NCBI GenBank assembly: GCA_965216465.1
Contig: CBDCFW010000003.1
Location: 192,001 to 256,000 of the forward strand
Length of the DNA stretch: 64,000 nt
Source of the DNA: Bacteroidia bacterium
GTDB lineage: Bacteria > Bacteroidota > Bacteroidia > NS11-12g > UBA9320
Reading direction: 5' to 3'
A program made the position numbers and the translations under genes. Numbering within the stretch: the first letter of the stretch is position 1; the number at the start of each line of letters is the position of its first letter. Below are positions 40,420-50,739 of the stretch, one piece after another. The notes under the pieces were generated by a model that was not told the DNA's origin, ran no database searches, and worked only from the letters and a program-made list of their open reading frames with translations.

Positions 40420-42912
40420 TTACTTGCTAAATCCTTTGTAAACTACACCTTGCTGTGTTTCAATTCTAAGCGAATAAACCCCGCTTGATAGTGCATTTAT
40501 ATGAAGAATAAGTTCTTTAGTTGAAGTGGTTGCAATTAAAGGAAATACCTGTCTTCCTTGAACATTAAAGCACTTTACCGATTTTATCGCTACTGGACTT
40601 TCAACTGTTATTTTATCTGTTGCCGGATTAGGGTATACCAAAACATCTGTGCTCAATAACTTTCCAACGCTGCCTGAGTAGCTAAACTTTGCTTTTAAAT
40701 TACGATCTTCCTCAGCTGTAAACTGATAGGTCTCATTGGTAGAGAATACGCTGCCGTCTTCTTCCCATCCTGCGAAGAGGTAGTTCGTTTTGCGAATAGC
40801 TTTAAGTGTAACTGTGCTTCCACAGTCTGCGTTACCGTCTCCTGAAACACTTCCACCAGCTACTGGGTCAACTACCACATTGATGGCATAAGTGATTTGT
40901 TTGTAGTAAGCCTTAATGGTATGATTGCGATCGATGTTGAATGTTAAAAAAGTATCTGTACCTAAAATATTTCCAGCTGCATCTTTCCAAGAATCAAACT
41001 CATAGCAATCGTTAGTAGTGGCAGTTAGTACTACTGTTGAATCGCATTTGTATGTTCCTCCACCAGAAACAACTCCAGCACCATTATGTGCTGCAGTAGC
41101 ATCAACGGTGTATTCAGCATATTCAAAGTGTGCAACCAAATCCATTGATTCTGTAACTGTTGTACTGTACGTTTCATCAGTTGAAACGGTATTCCCGTCT
41201 TTCGTCCATTTTACAAAGTTGTAACATCCTGCTGCGGTAGCGACAAAGCTTCTTACACTATCTACACTACACGCAAAAATGCCGTCCCCAGATGTACTTC
41301 CTCCCGCAACTGGATCTGAAGTGGTAGTAACGGTGTCCATTGCTTGAGTAAAAATGGCCGTAAATGTTCGATCACCTGTGGCAGTGGTCGAAACCGTTGC
41401 TAGATTAGAAAAGAGCGTATCGTCTTCTTCCCAATGCGAAAAGCTATAACACAAAGAACTAGCGGTTGCAGTAAGTGTTACTGCTGAATCTTTGAAATAT
41501 TGACCTCCTCCGGTAACCGTACCAGCGTTTTCGTCTTCGAGAAGTACATTCACCATATATGTAACAAAAGGAGATTCATAAGCTCCTATATCTGTTGTAC
41601 CTCCAATAATTCGATTCACTTCATTCAATGCAATGTTGTAACTCCCATAAACATAAGTGTTATTGCCTTGGTTTACCGCTGGAGAGCTCGAACTTAGATT
41701 GTAATTGTAAGATCCCAAATCAAATGGGGTAGAGGATGCTCCTGTTGCTGGACTAACAAATCCTGGATCCCCATAAATAATACCGGAACCAATTGTAATG
41801 GTGTCTTCCAATAAGCAATTCTTTATGGTTGGTTCTATAGCTGGAGGAAGATTATATAACTGTTTTGTTGCATGATTTCCATATACGATACAGTTGTATA
41901 CTGAGGTATAATCACTACCATATACCGTATAATTTGTTGAACTTGAGTTGTTCCAATTATGAGCAAACGTACATCCCGCAAAACGTTGTAGTTTAGTGTT
42001 TAGCGATGAACTGGTATAAATAGCGGCTCCAGTAGTGTGTGCATAGTTTCCAACAAATAAGGAGTTGTATACATACAAAGAAGACTCTGAACCATTGTCA
42101 ATAGCTCCTCCTCGTCCATTTGCTGCTTTATTCCCAGAAAATGCAGTACGATCGATGTAAATACTAGGTTGGAAGGATGATATAGCTCCTCCTTGCTTTG
42201 CAGTATTGTTACGGAAATCGCATTTTGTTATTCTTAAAGAACCCGCATTGCAAAAAATTGCTCCTCCCAAACTGCTTGATGTTCCTGCATTAGAAAGGTT
42301 GTTTTTAAATACACAATTTATAAGCTCTACGGAGGATGAAGACCCATAAATTGCCAAGGCTCCACCACGCATGTAGGTATAATTATCAGAAAACTCACAA
42401 TTCTCAAACTTAATTTTACCATTACTGATTCGGGCTCCGCCACCACCTACAGTTATAGAACCACCGATGATGTACGCATAGCCATTGCGAATTACAAATC
42501 CATCAACCACAACCTGGCTGGTGTTATTCGATAAAAACAATACCTGTCTTGAGTTATCAGTTGATGTTCCATTTGTTCCGATGTCTCCATCAAAGTAAGA
42601 CTGATTAGCAGCTATATCTCGGTCGTCTATATGACTTTCCGTTCCGGCGAAGCTTCCATAAATCTTTGCTCCATTGGGCAAGGTAATGTTTGAACTTGTG
42701 CCAGCGTCGTCGGGCTTGTATACTCCTGCAGTCATCCATATCGAGTCTCCAGTACTGTAGTGAGCTATAGCGGAGTCTAACGAGGTATAAGCGTCTGTCC
42801 AACTTGATCCATCTTCATTTCCTGAAGCCCCTGGATCTACGTAAATCACAGATTGAGCAAATAGTACAGACGAAAATAATAGTAGTAAAGCCGTAAGAGT
42901 GAGTTTGTTCAT
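40420..42912 (-). CDS. Beta-helix (pectin lyase-fold/Pmp-like) protein with four Ig-like repeats and T9SS CTD
   Basis: DGSSWTDAY, repeated F..N....GGA(I/L), DIGAYE, four ~74-aa G.V.G.G...F..W repeats, YPNPA CTD. Confidence 0.82.
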   Translation of the reverse strand: MNKLTLTALLLLFSSVLFAQSVIYVDPGASGNEDGSSWTDAYTSLDSAIAHYSTGDSIWMTAGVYKPDDAGTSSNITLPNGAKIYGSFAGTESHIDDRDIAANQSYFDGDIGTNGTSTDNSRQVLFLSNNTSQVVVDGFVIRNGYAYIIGGSITVGGGGARISNGKIKFENCEFSDNYTYMRGGALAIYGSSSSVELINCVFKNNLSNAGTSSSLGGAIFCNAGSLRITKCDFRNNTAKQGGAISSFQPSIYIDRTAFSGNKAANGRGGAIDNGSESSLYVYNSLFVGNYAHTTGAAIYTSSSLNTKLQRFAGCTFAHNWNNSSSTNYTVYGSDYTSVYNCIVYGNHATKQLYNLPPAIEPTIKNCLLEDTITIGSGIIYGDPGFVSPATGASSTPFDLGSYNYNLSSSSPAVNQGNNTYVYGSYNIALNEVNRIIGGTTDIGAYESPFVTYMVNVLLEDENAGTVTGGGQYFKDSAVTLTATASSLCYSFSHWEEDDTLFSNLATVSTTATGDRTFTAIFTQAMDTVTTTSDPVAGGSTSGDGIFACSVDSVRSFVATAAGCYNFVKWTKDGNTVSTDETYSTTVTESMDLVAHFEYAEYTVDATAAHNGAGVVSGGGTYKCDSTVVLTATTNDCYEFDSWKDAAGNILGTDTFLTFNIDRNHTIKAYYKQITYAINVVVDPVAGGSVSGDGNADCGSTVTLKAIRKTNYLFAGWEEDGSVFSTNETYQFTAEEDRNLKAKFSYSGSVGKLLSTDVLVYPNPATDKITVESPVAIKSVKCFNVQGRQVFPLIATTSTKELILHINALSSGVYSLRIETQQGVVYKGFSK

Positions 42913-43051
42913 GCTACGAATGTAATAATATATGTGCTATGAATTAGGGGGTGTTTGATTTTTTTACAATTGGATAGAAACCAAATATAAATTGAGCTTA
43001 AATAGTGAAAATAAGAGCTTTACTCATAGATTTGTGAGGGCAGATTTCGAT

Positions 43052-43414
43052 ATGGAAAATCTAGCAGAATTAAATCAAGCTTGGAAAGAATGGTTAGATC
43101 TTCATTCTCCCGTATCTAAGAATTTTCTGCATTTAAGTCTAGGATTACTCTTTTACATAGCTGCAATATTTACATTTAAGGGCAAATACAAGCAACCATT
43201 GTTAATTGCACTATGCCTCGCAGCACTGGGAAACGAAGTTTTAGATCTAGTGCTATACGGGATTCACAATTCAACCATTTGGGAAAGCATTAAAGACATA
43301 TACTATACACTAATTGTACCTGTATATTTTTATTACATCTTCGGTCAGACGCAATCCCAAATTAATGAAGCGTTAGTGAAACAAGAAATCAAACAAAATG
43401 GCCAAAGCGATTAA
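43052..43414 (+). CDS. Hypothetical membrane protein
   Basis: LH..LG...NE..D..D...T pattern with TM helices; start uncertain (TTG 42992 or ATG 43052). Confidence 0.6.
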   Translation: MENLAELNQAWKEWLDLHSPVSKNFLHLSLGLLFYIAAIFTFKGKYKQPLLIALCLAALGNEVLDLVLYGIHNSTIWESIKDIYYTLIVPVYFYYIFGQTQSQINEALVKQEIKQNGQSD

Positions 43415-43633
43415 GAGCAGAATTCCAATTCCTCCAGAGATACAGAACCGTCGCAATGTTTTCTTTCTGCGGTAGATTAAGTAGCCTATTCCGTTTATGA
43501 GGGCCACAAAGAGCAGTAAACCACATATGCCAACGGCCATTAGAATCAGCGTCCAAGTCCCTTCAGACAGCAAAGGAACATTTCCCCAAATGTCAGCCAA
43601 TATCCATGAAGATTTATATTTAAACAGGTTCAT
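43373..43633 (-). CDS. Small two-TM hypothetical protein
   Basis: Two hydrophobic helices; start overlaps the end of the upstream gene. Confidence 0.55.
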   Translation of the reverse strand: MNLFKYKSSWILADIWGNVPLLSEGTWTLILMAVGICGLLLFVALINGIGYLIYRRKKTLRRFCISGGIGILLLIALAILFDFLFH

Positions 43634-44459
43634 TGTTCAACCTTCGATTTCTTCGAAGATAAATGATCACTTCAATAACATTAGCTAGAATGAAGAGAAT
43701 ATTGATAATTAGAAATGGCAACCAGATGCTAAACACCAACGGTTTGAGCTGTTTTTGAATCTGTTTTGAAATCCATGCATCAACGCTATCCGTGCCTGAT
43801 CCTCCTTCGTTGTGTAACCAATTGTAAAAAGCTTTATCCAATTGATCTGCTTCAACAGCATCACCTAAACCTACTTGTTTCAAGCCTTCAGCAACAACAA
43901 AGAAGATGAAAGCTTTCTCCATTCCTTCAATTTGATGTACCAATTCACTTTTAGAATTCCTGAATAAGAATTTACCCATAAATCCTAGTCCATACTCTTT
44001 GCTCACGGCTTCAACCATGCCATCAGCCAACGCATGATTCATCTCATTCACTTTAGCTCCGCTTTCGTAAATGGTGACACCAGTTGCGAATACATCTTCA
44101 ATAAAAGCAACATCGTCGAAGTAGTTTGCTCTACAGAAATCCATGCTTTCAGAAACTAAAGCGTCAACTTCCTTCTTTATAATTTTGTTGCTGCCTATGT
44201 TAAGTGCTATGGTGGCTGATACTCCTATAACGGAAAGATAGAAACACGCCCTCAAAATAAAGTACAACACCTTTTTATAGGTTGCATCTGCATTTCGCTT
44301 GAACCAAGCCCTCTTTTTAATGATTCGCCAGAGAATGAAACATAGAATCATTCCGATTCCAAATCCAGCAAGTAAGTGTAAGCCAAGGGTTAGCACATCA
44401 CCAAGCAATACATGGGTGATAAATTTTAGAACAACATTTAAGGAGATATTAAAATCCAT
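43620..44459 (-). CDS. Hypothetical membrane protein
   Basis: Three TM segments flanking a soluble loop. Confidence 0.65.
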   Translation of the reverse strand: MDFNISLNVVLKFITHVLLGDVLTLGLHLLAGFGIGMILCFILWRIIKKRAWFKRNADATYKKVLYFILRACFYLSVIGVSATIALNIGSNKIIKKEVDALVSESMDFCRANYFDDVAFIEDVFATGVTIYESGAKVNEMNHALADGMVEAVSKEYGLGFMGKFLFRNSKSELVHQIEGMEKAFIFFVVAEGLKQVGLGDAVEADQLDKAFYNWLHNEGGSGTDSVDAWISKQIQKQLKPLVFSIWLPFLIINILFILANVIEVIIYLRRNRRLNNEPV

Positions 44460-44477
44460 AGCGGCTGTAAAAATAAT

Positions 44478-46289
44478 CTATTCCCATGTTTCTACTTCAT
44501 CTGCAATTGTGTTTATCCAGCGTCGAGCATCTTCAACCGAGATTACCTTATGAATGATTATAAGCCGGTCTACAAAGGCAGAAAGCTTACGCATATCATC
44601 AAGTTCACCGTGCATGTTCTTTCTAGCAAAGTCTATTTCGTGGTATTTGAGATATGTTTTGGTCTTTTCCAGATCGTAGTTGTTCATGTAGTCTTTAATG
44701 TAGCGTGCAATTTCTTTGTAGGTGTCCTTTACAATAGGGTTTAGATAGGTAAACGCTTTTTTAAACATAGGTCGAGCCCAATCCCAAGTAGCCTGACGAA
44801 GCTTTTCGCTCTGTAAAATTTCGAAGAAGGTTTTTTTCTTGTATTCTTCGAAGCCTCTTACGTTCATAGTGCTGTAATGAGAAACCATGCTTGATTTGCC
44901 AAGCTGTAGGCCATATGCAATACAAAGGGCGTTGAGGTTGTAGTACCTGTAGTAAGACTGCGGTTCCTCGCAGAATGCATTTAGTGAAAATCGTAAGACT
45001 TGTTCGATAGGAACAGCCACTGTGTCAAATTTAGGTTGCCATTTTTGATAAATTAAGGTCTTTGGCTTGGTTCTATTTTTAGTATCCCAATCATCCCAAT
45101 CACCCGAGCCATACGTAAAGTCTTCTAATTCTGAATTTTGATAGTACCACTGGTCCTCACTTCCATAGTACCAAACCTCTTCATCAAAATTTTCCTCTTT
45201 ACAATCATCTTCAATCAGCTCGTATCGTTTCTGGTTTTTTTGGATCAAATTTTGAAAATCTTGTTCACTTAATGTATCGACCCCTTTATCATGATAAATT
45301 TTATAGATATAGTAGTATCCATTTCTCTTGGTTAACTCTAATAAGTTTGAATTATCTGGTAATTCCCGAGGAGCTGAAGGAATATTCCATTGAACGGTAT
45401 CATACTGATGTTGTCTCGAGCTGTAAATATTTCCCGATGTATCCACATAGCCATGAACTTTGTTGTTTCCTTCACAATCAACAAAGTGAACAAAGCCATC
45501 GCGAATCTCGCTAACATATCTGTAGCTTAACTGAAGGATAGATTTTGTGTTGTAGTCTAAGATGTGGTACACTTTGTTTGAGTCTGGTAAGCAGATATAT
45601 CCATGGTTATATCCAGACCAGGAAGATGAAGAGTAGGGTCTGTCTGAAATTATAGTTCCTAAGGTATCTATGATGTAAAACGAAAAGTAATTGCTCGAAT
45701 CTTGTACCAGAGCCCTTCCATCTCTAAAATCCGATGACCTGTCTCCATATATAAGAGGAATAATGATCTCTCCTTTGGTATTGATGTAACCCGCTTTACG
45801 ACTTTTTTCGACCTTTATTAGTCCGTGATTGTCACTGTATCCAATACCGTCATAAACTTGCTTTGTAATTACAATGCCTTCATAATCCATCAGTCCAGCA
45901 CGTCCTCCTTTTTCAAATCCCAGACATTTGTCAAATCGATTTAATGAAGAAAATTCAAATGGCAAGACGGTGTCTCCATTAAAATTGAGAAGTCCATACA
46001 TATTTCCGTTGTATGCGAGCAATAAATTTTGGTTTTCTACAGGAAGCAGCCACCAGTAATCAAATGAGGTTAGGAGCTTTCCAGAAGGATTTAACAACGC
46101 ACTTTTACTCCATTGCTTGTTGACCACATAATAACCATCTTTCAAAGGTTTATGCTCTCTAAACTGGGGTTTAAGAACCACTGAATCATCATCACTTTTA
46201 AATCCATACAAACCATCATCAATGAACGGATAGATTTGGGCAAATAGGGAAGGAGCAAGGAATAGAAATAAAATTGTCAGTTTTCGCAT
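44478..46289 (-). CDS. WG-repeat-containing exported protein
   Basis: Repeated YG/AG-(L/Y)-(I/L)-(N/D)..G..(I/V) units in the N-terminal half. Confidence 0.75.
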   Translation of the reverse strand: MRKLTILFLFLAPSLFAQIYPFIDDGLYGFKSDDDSVVLKPQFREHKPLKDGYYVVNKQWSKSALLNPSGKLLTSFDYWWLLPVENQNLLLAYNGNMYGLLNFNGDTVLPFEFSSLNRFDKCLGFEKGGRAGLMDYEGIVITKQVYDGIGYSDNHGLIKVEKSRKAGYINTKGEIIIPLIYGDRSSDFRDGRALVQDSSNYFSFYIIDTLGTIISDRPYSSSSWSGYNHGYICLPDSNKVYHILDYNTKSILQLSYRYVSEIRDGFVHFVDCEGNNKVHGYVDTSGNIYSSRQHQYDTVQWNIPSAPRELPDNSNLLELTKRNGYYYIYKIYHDKGVDTLSEQDFQNLIQKNQKRYELIEDDCKEENFDEEVWYYGSEDQWYYQNSELEDFTYGSGDWDDWDTKNRTKPKTLIYQKWQPKFDTVAVPIEQVLRFSLNAFCEEPQSYYRYYNLNALCIAYGLQLGKSSMVSHYSTMNVRGFEEYKKKTFFEILQSEKLRQATWDWARPMFKKAFTYLNPIVKDTYKEIARYIKDYMNNYDLEKTKTYLKYHEIDFARKNMHGELDDMRKLSAFVDRLIIIHKVISVEDARRWINTIADEVETWE

Positions 46290-46351
46290 CGGTTATAGTC
46301 TTAACGGGAATTAGGTATTCCTATTATCTTATCTACAATATACGCTAGCAA

Positions 46352-46380
46352 GCAACGTTTTAATTCCAATAAGAGTCAAA
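46352..46380 (+). promoter_or_regulatory. Putative ECF-sigma promoter
   Basis: GCAAC-N17-AGTCAAA, 5 nt before ATG 46386. Confidence 0.4.
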
Positions 46381-46385
46381 TCTAT

Positions 46386-47003
46386 ATGAAAACACTAAAA
46401 GCTACCAAGATTGGCATTCTGGCACTTTCCATTTTTTCGTTTACCTTTTTTGTTGGATGTAAGGATGATCCTCCAACACAATGCGATTGCGAGTATTTTG
46501 TTGGGTTTGAAGATTGGAAACTTGGCAACGTAGCGTTGCTGCCTGATGTCTACACCTCAGTTCACTATCAAGAAAGCGACATTAAATTCTGGGCTAAATT
46601 TGATTTGGGTGTTATGGATACAATTGCCATGAATATAGACAGCATGAAACTTGGTTCTTATGCCTTGGCCCCAAGTACCGGATGGACTACCGACGAATGC
46701 CTGAATTACGATGGAAGCATTTTAGTCTGTGGATTTGATAAAATTAAGGTTGACTTCGATGACATTCCATTTTCAAACAAAAAGGTTGAGTTCGATGTGA
46801 ATTTTGACCAATCTCACTGGCAAGCTAGTGCTAATCCCTTTGAAATAAATGGTAACGATATAAATACTATGCCTTCAGGCGTGACCATGAAAATAGATCA
46901 GTTGACCAACGGTTGCCACATAACCTTAGAAGGACCGATTGATTATATCGAATGGGATGGCTGGGAAACGGGCCACGATAATCTATGCGTAAATAAGCTT
47001 TAA
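46386..47003 (+). CDS. Hypothetical lipoprotein
   Basis: Lipobox FVGC-KDD. Confidence 0.7.
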   Translation: MKTLKATKIGILALSIFSFTFFVGCKDDPPTQCDCEYFVGFEDWKLGNVALLPDVYTSVHYQESDIKFWAKFDLGVMDTIAMNIDSMKLGSYALAPSTGWTTDECLNYDGSILVCGFDKIKVDFDDIPFSNKKVEFDVNFDQSHWQASANPFEINGNDINTMPSGVTMKIDQLTNGCHITLEGPIDYIEWDGWETGHDNLCVNKL

Positions 47004-47035
47004 CCAACATGCTTAAATCTTCTTATATTTGAATA

Positions 47036-47188
47036 ATGATTATTTTAGGCACACCCAATGTAACATTAGGACTAGGAGCTACAGAAATTATCATAATTAT
47101 TGAGGCTCTCATTATTCTATACTTAGCTCAAAAACTGAACAAGGCCAATAAAACGATTCAGATATTGAGCAGCGATGAAGAAGAATGA
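47036..47188 (+). CDS. 50-aa single-TM protein missing from the ORF track
   Basis: MIILGTPNVTLGLGATEIIIIIEALIILYLAQKLNKANKTIQILSSDEEE*; TATATTTG promoter 4 nt upstream; ATGA overlap with the next gene. Confidence 0.7.
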   Translation: MIILGTPNVTLGLGATEIIIIIEALIILYLAQKLNKANKTIQILSSDEEE

Positions 47189-47850
47189 AAGTCTTTTCCG
47201 GACAACCCTTACAACTTGTTGTAGCCGCTGCATTTGCATTTGGCTTGGCATTTCTCCTTAATCGCGATCCAATGGTTGCTGAAGGAGAGTGGTTTGGTTT
47301 AAGCACTGAAATGTGGTATTGGACCGCTTTCTTGGTTCCTATAGTTCATCAGATTTATGTTGCCGTTTGTTGGAGGCTGGAGTTGCACTACAAGAAACTA
47401 ACAAAATGGTTTGGTAAAAGAGGTTTTACGTTATACAAAATTGGTTTTGCCCTTCTTATACTGAGTAGACCGCTATCTATTATTGCCTTAGCCATCGCTA
47501 ATCAAGATACCCTTCAACTACCTTCTGCAGTTGCATATTTGTGTATTGTCCTATTGGCAGTTCCAGCAGTTTATCTGTTTTATTCAGTGCGGAAATACTT
47601 TGGGATTGACCGTGCTTTTGGCATTGATCATTTCAATCCCGAAGAAGCCAGCAAACAACCTATGGTTAAAGAAGGAATTTTTAAGTTGACCAGCAATGGT
47701 ATGTATGTTTACGGATTTCTCGCACTTTACATTCCTGGATTTATTTGGTACTCAAAAGCCGCTTTGATTCTTGCTCTGTACAACCATCTCTATATCTGGA
47801 CACACTATTACTGCACAGAACGTCCCGATATGGAGCACATCTACAAATAG
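47185..47850 (+). CDS. Phospholipid N-methyltransferase (PEMT)-family membrane protein
   Basis: YFG..RAFG.DHF, GIFK...N.MY..GFL and TE.PDM..IY motifs. Confidence 0.78.
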   Translation: MKVFSGQPLQLVVAAAFAFGLAFLLNRDPMVAEGEWFGLSTEMWYWTAFLVPIVHQIYVAVCWRLELHYKKLTKWFGKRGFTLYKIGFALLILSRPLSIIALAIANQDTLQLPSAVAYLCIVLLAVPAVYLFYSVRKYFGIDRAFGIDHFNPEEASKQPMVKEGIFKLTSNGMYVYGFLALYIPGFIWYSKAALILALYNHLYIWTHYYCTERPDMEHIYK

Positions 47851-47952
47851 GTCTAAAGTAGGTAGATATAAAATCAGTATAATTTAACATTAAAAATTGT
47901 CTCGCATCGGACAAATTGTGCTATATTTCGGCCATTAAATAAAGATCCGAAA

Positions 47953-48282
47953 ATGGCAAAATTTGAAATTTACAAAGACAAAAGAGGAGAGTTTAGATTT
48001 AGACTGAAAGCTGGAAACGGTCAGACTATTTTGACAGGCGAAGGTTACAAGGCTAAATCAGGCTGTATGAATGGAATTGAATCAATCAGAAAGAACTCAC
48101 AAGACGACGGAAACTTCGATCGTTTAGAGTCTAAAAAAGGTGATCCATATTTCAACTTAAAAGCAGGCAATGGACAAGTAATCGGAAACAGCGAGATGTA
48201 TTCTTCTTCAAGTGCAATGGAAAACGGAATTGAGTCTGTTAAAAAGAATGCACCTGAAGCATCTATTGACGACATAAGCTAA
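47953..48282 (+). CDS. YegP/DUF1508 family protein
   Basis: Two repeats of F.LKAGNGQ.I..(G/S)E.Y......NGIES. Confidence 0.92.
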   Translation: MAKFEIYKDKRGEFRFRLKAGNGQTILTGEGYKAKSGCMNGIESIRKNSQDDGNFDRLESKKGDPYFNLKAGNGQVIGNSEMYSSSSAMENGIESVKKNAPEASIDDIS

Positions 48283-48347
48283 ATCTGAACATTAAGTTAT
48301 TTCAATTAACTAATCCCCGCAGTTGATTACTCTACATACTAATTGGA

Positions 48348-49049
48348 TTATTCCAGTTTTACAATTCTTTCATTTCTGATATCATAGATTAACCGATAAG
48401 GCTCGGACTTTAATGGTATAAACCGAAAATGTATGTGCTCCTTTGTCATCCGGATTTGAGGTTCGTAAGCCACACTATCACTTGTAAATAAGCAACACGG
48501 AACGGTATTAACCGTATCTTGAACTATTTCCATAATTGTAATAGAATAGATGTTCGGAAATAAAACACTTCTACACCCACTCTCCATTAATATGGTGTCC
48601 GAATAGATGTATCCAGCCTCATCAATTTTAATGAGGTATTTCACATGCTTTTCAATGTTAAGGAGTTTCGGTTGAATGCGAAGCTGAAAGCGTCCAGAAC
48701 GAGGCTGTGCCTGAACATCGAAATAGTTGCAGCACGTGTTGTAAGATAAGCAGTACGACTTTTTGGGCTCTATTTGCATCAATAAGGTATCTATCGGGGC
48801 GTTTTTACTGGCTCGATAGTACAATGTATCGAGATAGGAGTGTTTTTCGTATGCAAACTGGTTGACTGTAAAATCAAAAGTATCTCCATTGGCGATCCAA
48901 AATTGTCCCTTCATATAACCCGGTAAACTGTCGATGGTGTCGCTATGGTTACTGTAGATATATCTCGGACTGATATCGAATACCGCTTTCTGGGCATGGG
49001 CCGCATTGTAATAAAGTACAAGAGCAAATAAGACAGTCAGATTTTTCAT
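48348..49049 (-). CDS. Hypothetical exported protein
   Basis: Signal peptide AHA|Q, 233-aa ORF. Confidence 0.6.
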   Translation of the reverse strand: MKNLTVLFALVLYYNAAHAQKAVFDISPRYIYSNHSDTIDSLPGYMKGQFWIANGDTFDFTVNQFAYEKHSYLDTLYYRASKNAPIDTLLMQIEPKKSYCLSYNTCCNYFDVQAQPRSGRFQLRIQPKLLNIEKHVKYLIKIDEAGYIYSDTILMESGCRSVLFPNIYSITIMEIVQDTVNTVPCCLFTSDSVAYEPQIRMTKEHIHFRFIPLKSEPYRLIYDIRNERIVKLE

Positions 49050-49197
49050 AATCTGGTATAATAACTAATTATGCTAGTCATTAACTGCTTAGCAGCGCAA
49101 AACAGTTCATACATCTAAAATATTACTTGGTAGTAATTGTACTACAAATTGAGTTAAACAGCCCGCTAGCTTTGCAGTTCACTTATTACTTATTACT

Positions 49198-49800
49198 TTG
49201 ACTAAAATACACTTATTACTAGTTCTACTTGGCGTTTTAATGCTTTTTACCCAAGATTTGAAAGCACAACAACCTGAATTAATTATAGAAGCTACGGTTC
49301 GAAGCAAGCAGGCTTCAACCAAAAAGAGTATGCTATGCTTTAAAGAAGATATAAAGAAGCACTCTTTGCATTATATCTGGGACAGTATTACCAATCAATT
49401 GATTGCTAATCAGTACAGCACCGAACAGATTCAGACAATTACTAAAGACCGGAAAAGAACCAGACACAAACTGCGAAAGGATGAGATTCGATGGAAGAAA
49501 GCAATAACATCAAATCAACTTAATAAAATTTATCAGACATTCACAACAGACCGACTGGATATTGAGAAATCTCTGATTGTCAATAAGAAGGCTTACCAGC
49601 ATACGACATGGAATATCTATTTGAAATACAATGGAGAAGTTATTCAATTGATGAAATCCAATCCGCATAGCGATAAAACTCCTTGGACCACCCATGATAA
49701 TGGTTATGTACTGAATCCTGAAATTGAAGAAGTATTGCTGGAGCTATTGCCAAGTGATTTTTTACTTCGTAACGAATTGCTTCTGGCGAAAGGAGGGTAG
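49198..49800 (+). CDS. Hypothetical exported protein
   Basis: Signal peptide LKA|Q; TAGCTTTG element upstream. Confidence 0.6.
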   Translation: MTKIHLLLVLLGVLMLFTQDLKAQQPELIIEATVRSKQASTKKSMLCFKEDIKKHSLHYIWDSITNQLIANQYSTEQIQTITKDRKRTRHKLRKDEIRWKKAITSNQLNKIYQTFTTDRLDIEKSLIVNKKAYQHTTWNIYLKYNGEVIQLMKSNPHSDKTPWTTHDNGYVLNPEIEEVLLELLPSDFLLRNELLLAKGG

Positions 49801-49875
49801 GAGGATAGCACTTAGGGATTAAGTGTATTGTGGCTTTAGACTGAATGGTCAGCAATTTTCCGTAAATTCGGAAGC

Positions 49876-50739
49876 ATGAAGCCAACCTCTAAATTACTAG
49901 CAGCAATACTTGTTATAACGATTGCCTCATGCTTTGAAGCAAAACCTAAAATCAATTTTGGTGATGGATTATCGGTGTTGAAGGATACGACCTTTGTGCT
50001 TGATAATTTAAATATAACACCTCAAGACAAAGGCATACTTATTGAAGACTTGGGAGGAGTTAATTGTGCAAATTGTCCCACCGCTGCACGAAGAGCTCAA
50101 GAAATAAAAGATGACTATCCAAAAAGAGTTGTTGTGGCCGCGTTGTATCCCAATGTCATGCCATTTGCTTATCGCTTAAACCCAAAGGACACCTTAGATA
50201 CTCCCGAAGCAACGGATGTGTTTCTGGAAATTTATGGGGGAGGAGGTCTGCCAGCTGGATCCGTTAACCGAAAAAGATTTCCTGGGCAAACTGCCTTTAC
50301 TTCACTTTCGTCCAAATGGCGAAATTTGACTGAACAAGAATTACCACTTAAATCCAGGATTAATATTGAGGCAGCAACTGTAAAGGAAAACGAGTCAATT
50401 TATGTTCTAAATGTGAAGTTTACTGCTAGTGAAACGGTTGATAATAAGTTGTTTATATCTATAATGTTACTCGAAGATGGTATAAATACAACTCAAGCTG
50501 ATGGATCAATTAAAGACCCTAACTACATCCACAACCATGTGTTAAGAAAGATGTATACTGCATATGACGGAGACTTGTTATATGATTCTCCAGAGAAAGG
50601 TCGTGTCATTGAACGTCGCATTGAAATTCCGATTCCTCAGAATGTGGATCCTTCTAAAGCAAGCATAGTTGTATTCGTAAATGAGAATACGGCTGAGTCT
50701 CGTGAAGTGCTCAATGTAAAAGAGATCAAGCTAAACTAA
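49876..50739 (+). CDS. Omp28-related outer-membrane lipoprotein
   Basis: Lipobox IASC, LIED.GG..CANCP (CxxC), Y.HNHVLR. Confidence 0.8.
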   Translation: MKPTSKLLAAILVITIASCFEAKPKINFGDGLSVLKDTTFVLDNLNITPQDKGILIEDLGGVNCANCPTAARRAQEIKDDYPKRVVVAALYPNVMPFAYRLNPKDTLDTPEATDVFLEIYGGGGLPAGSVNRKRFPGQTAFTSLSSKWRNLTEQELPLKSRINIEAATVKENESIYVLNVKFTASETVDNKLFISIMLLEDGINTTQADGSIKDPNYIHNHVLRKMYTAYDGDLLYDSPEKGRVIERRIEIPIPQNVDPSKASIVVFVNENTAESREVLNVKEIKLN

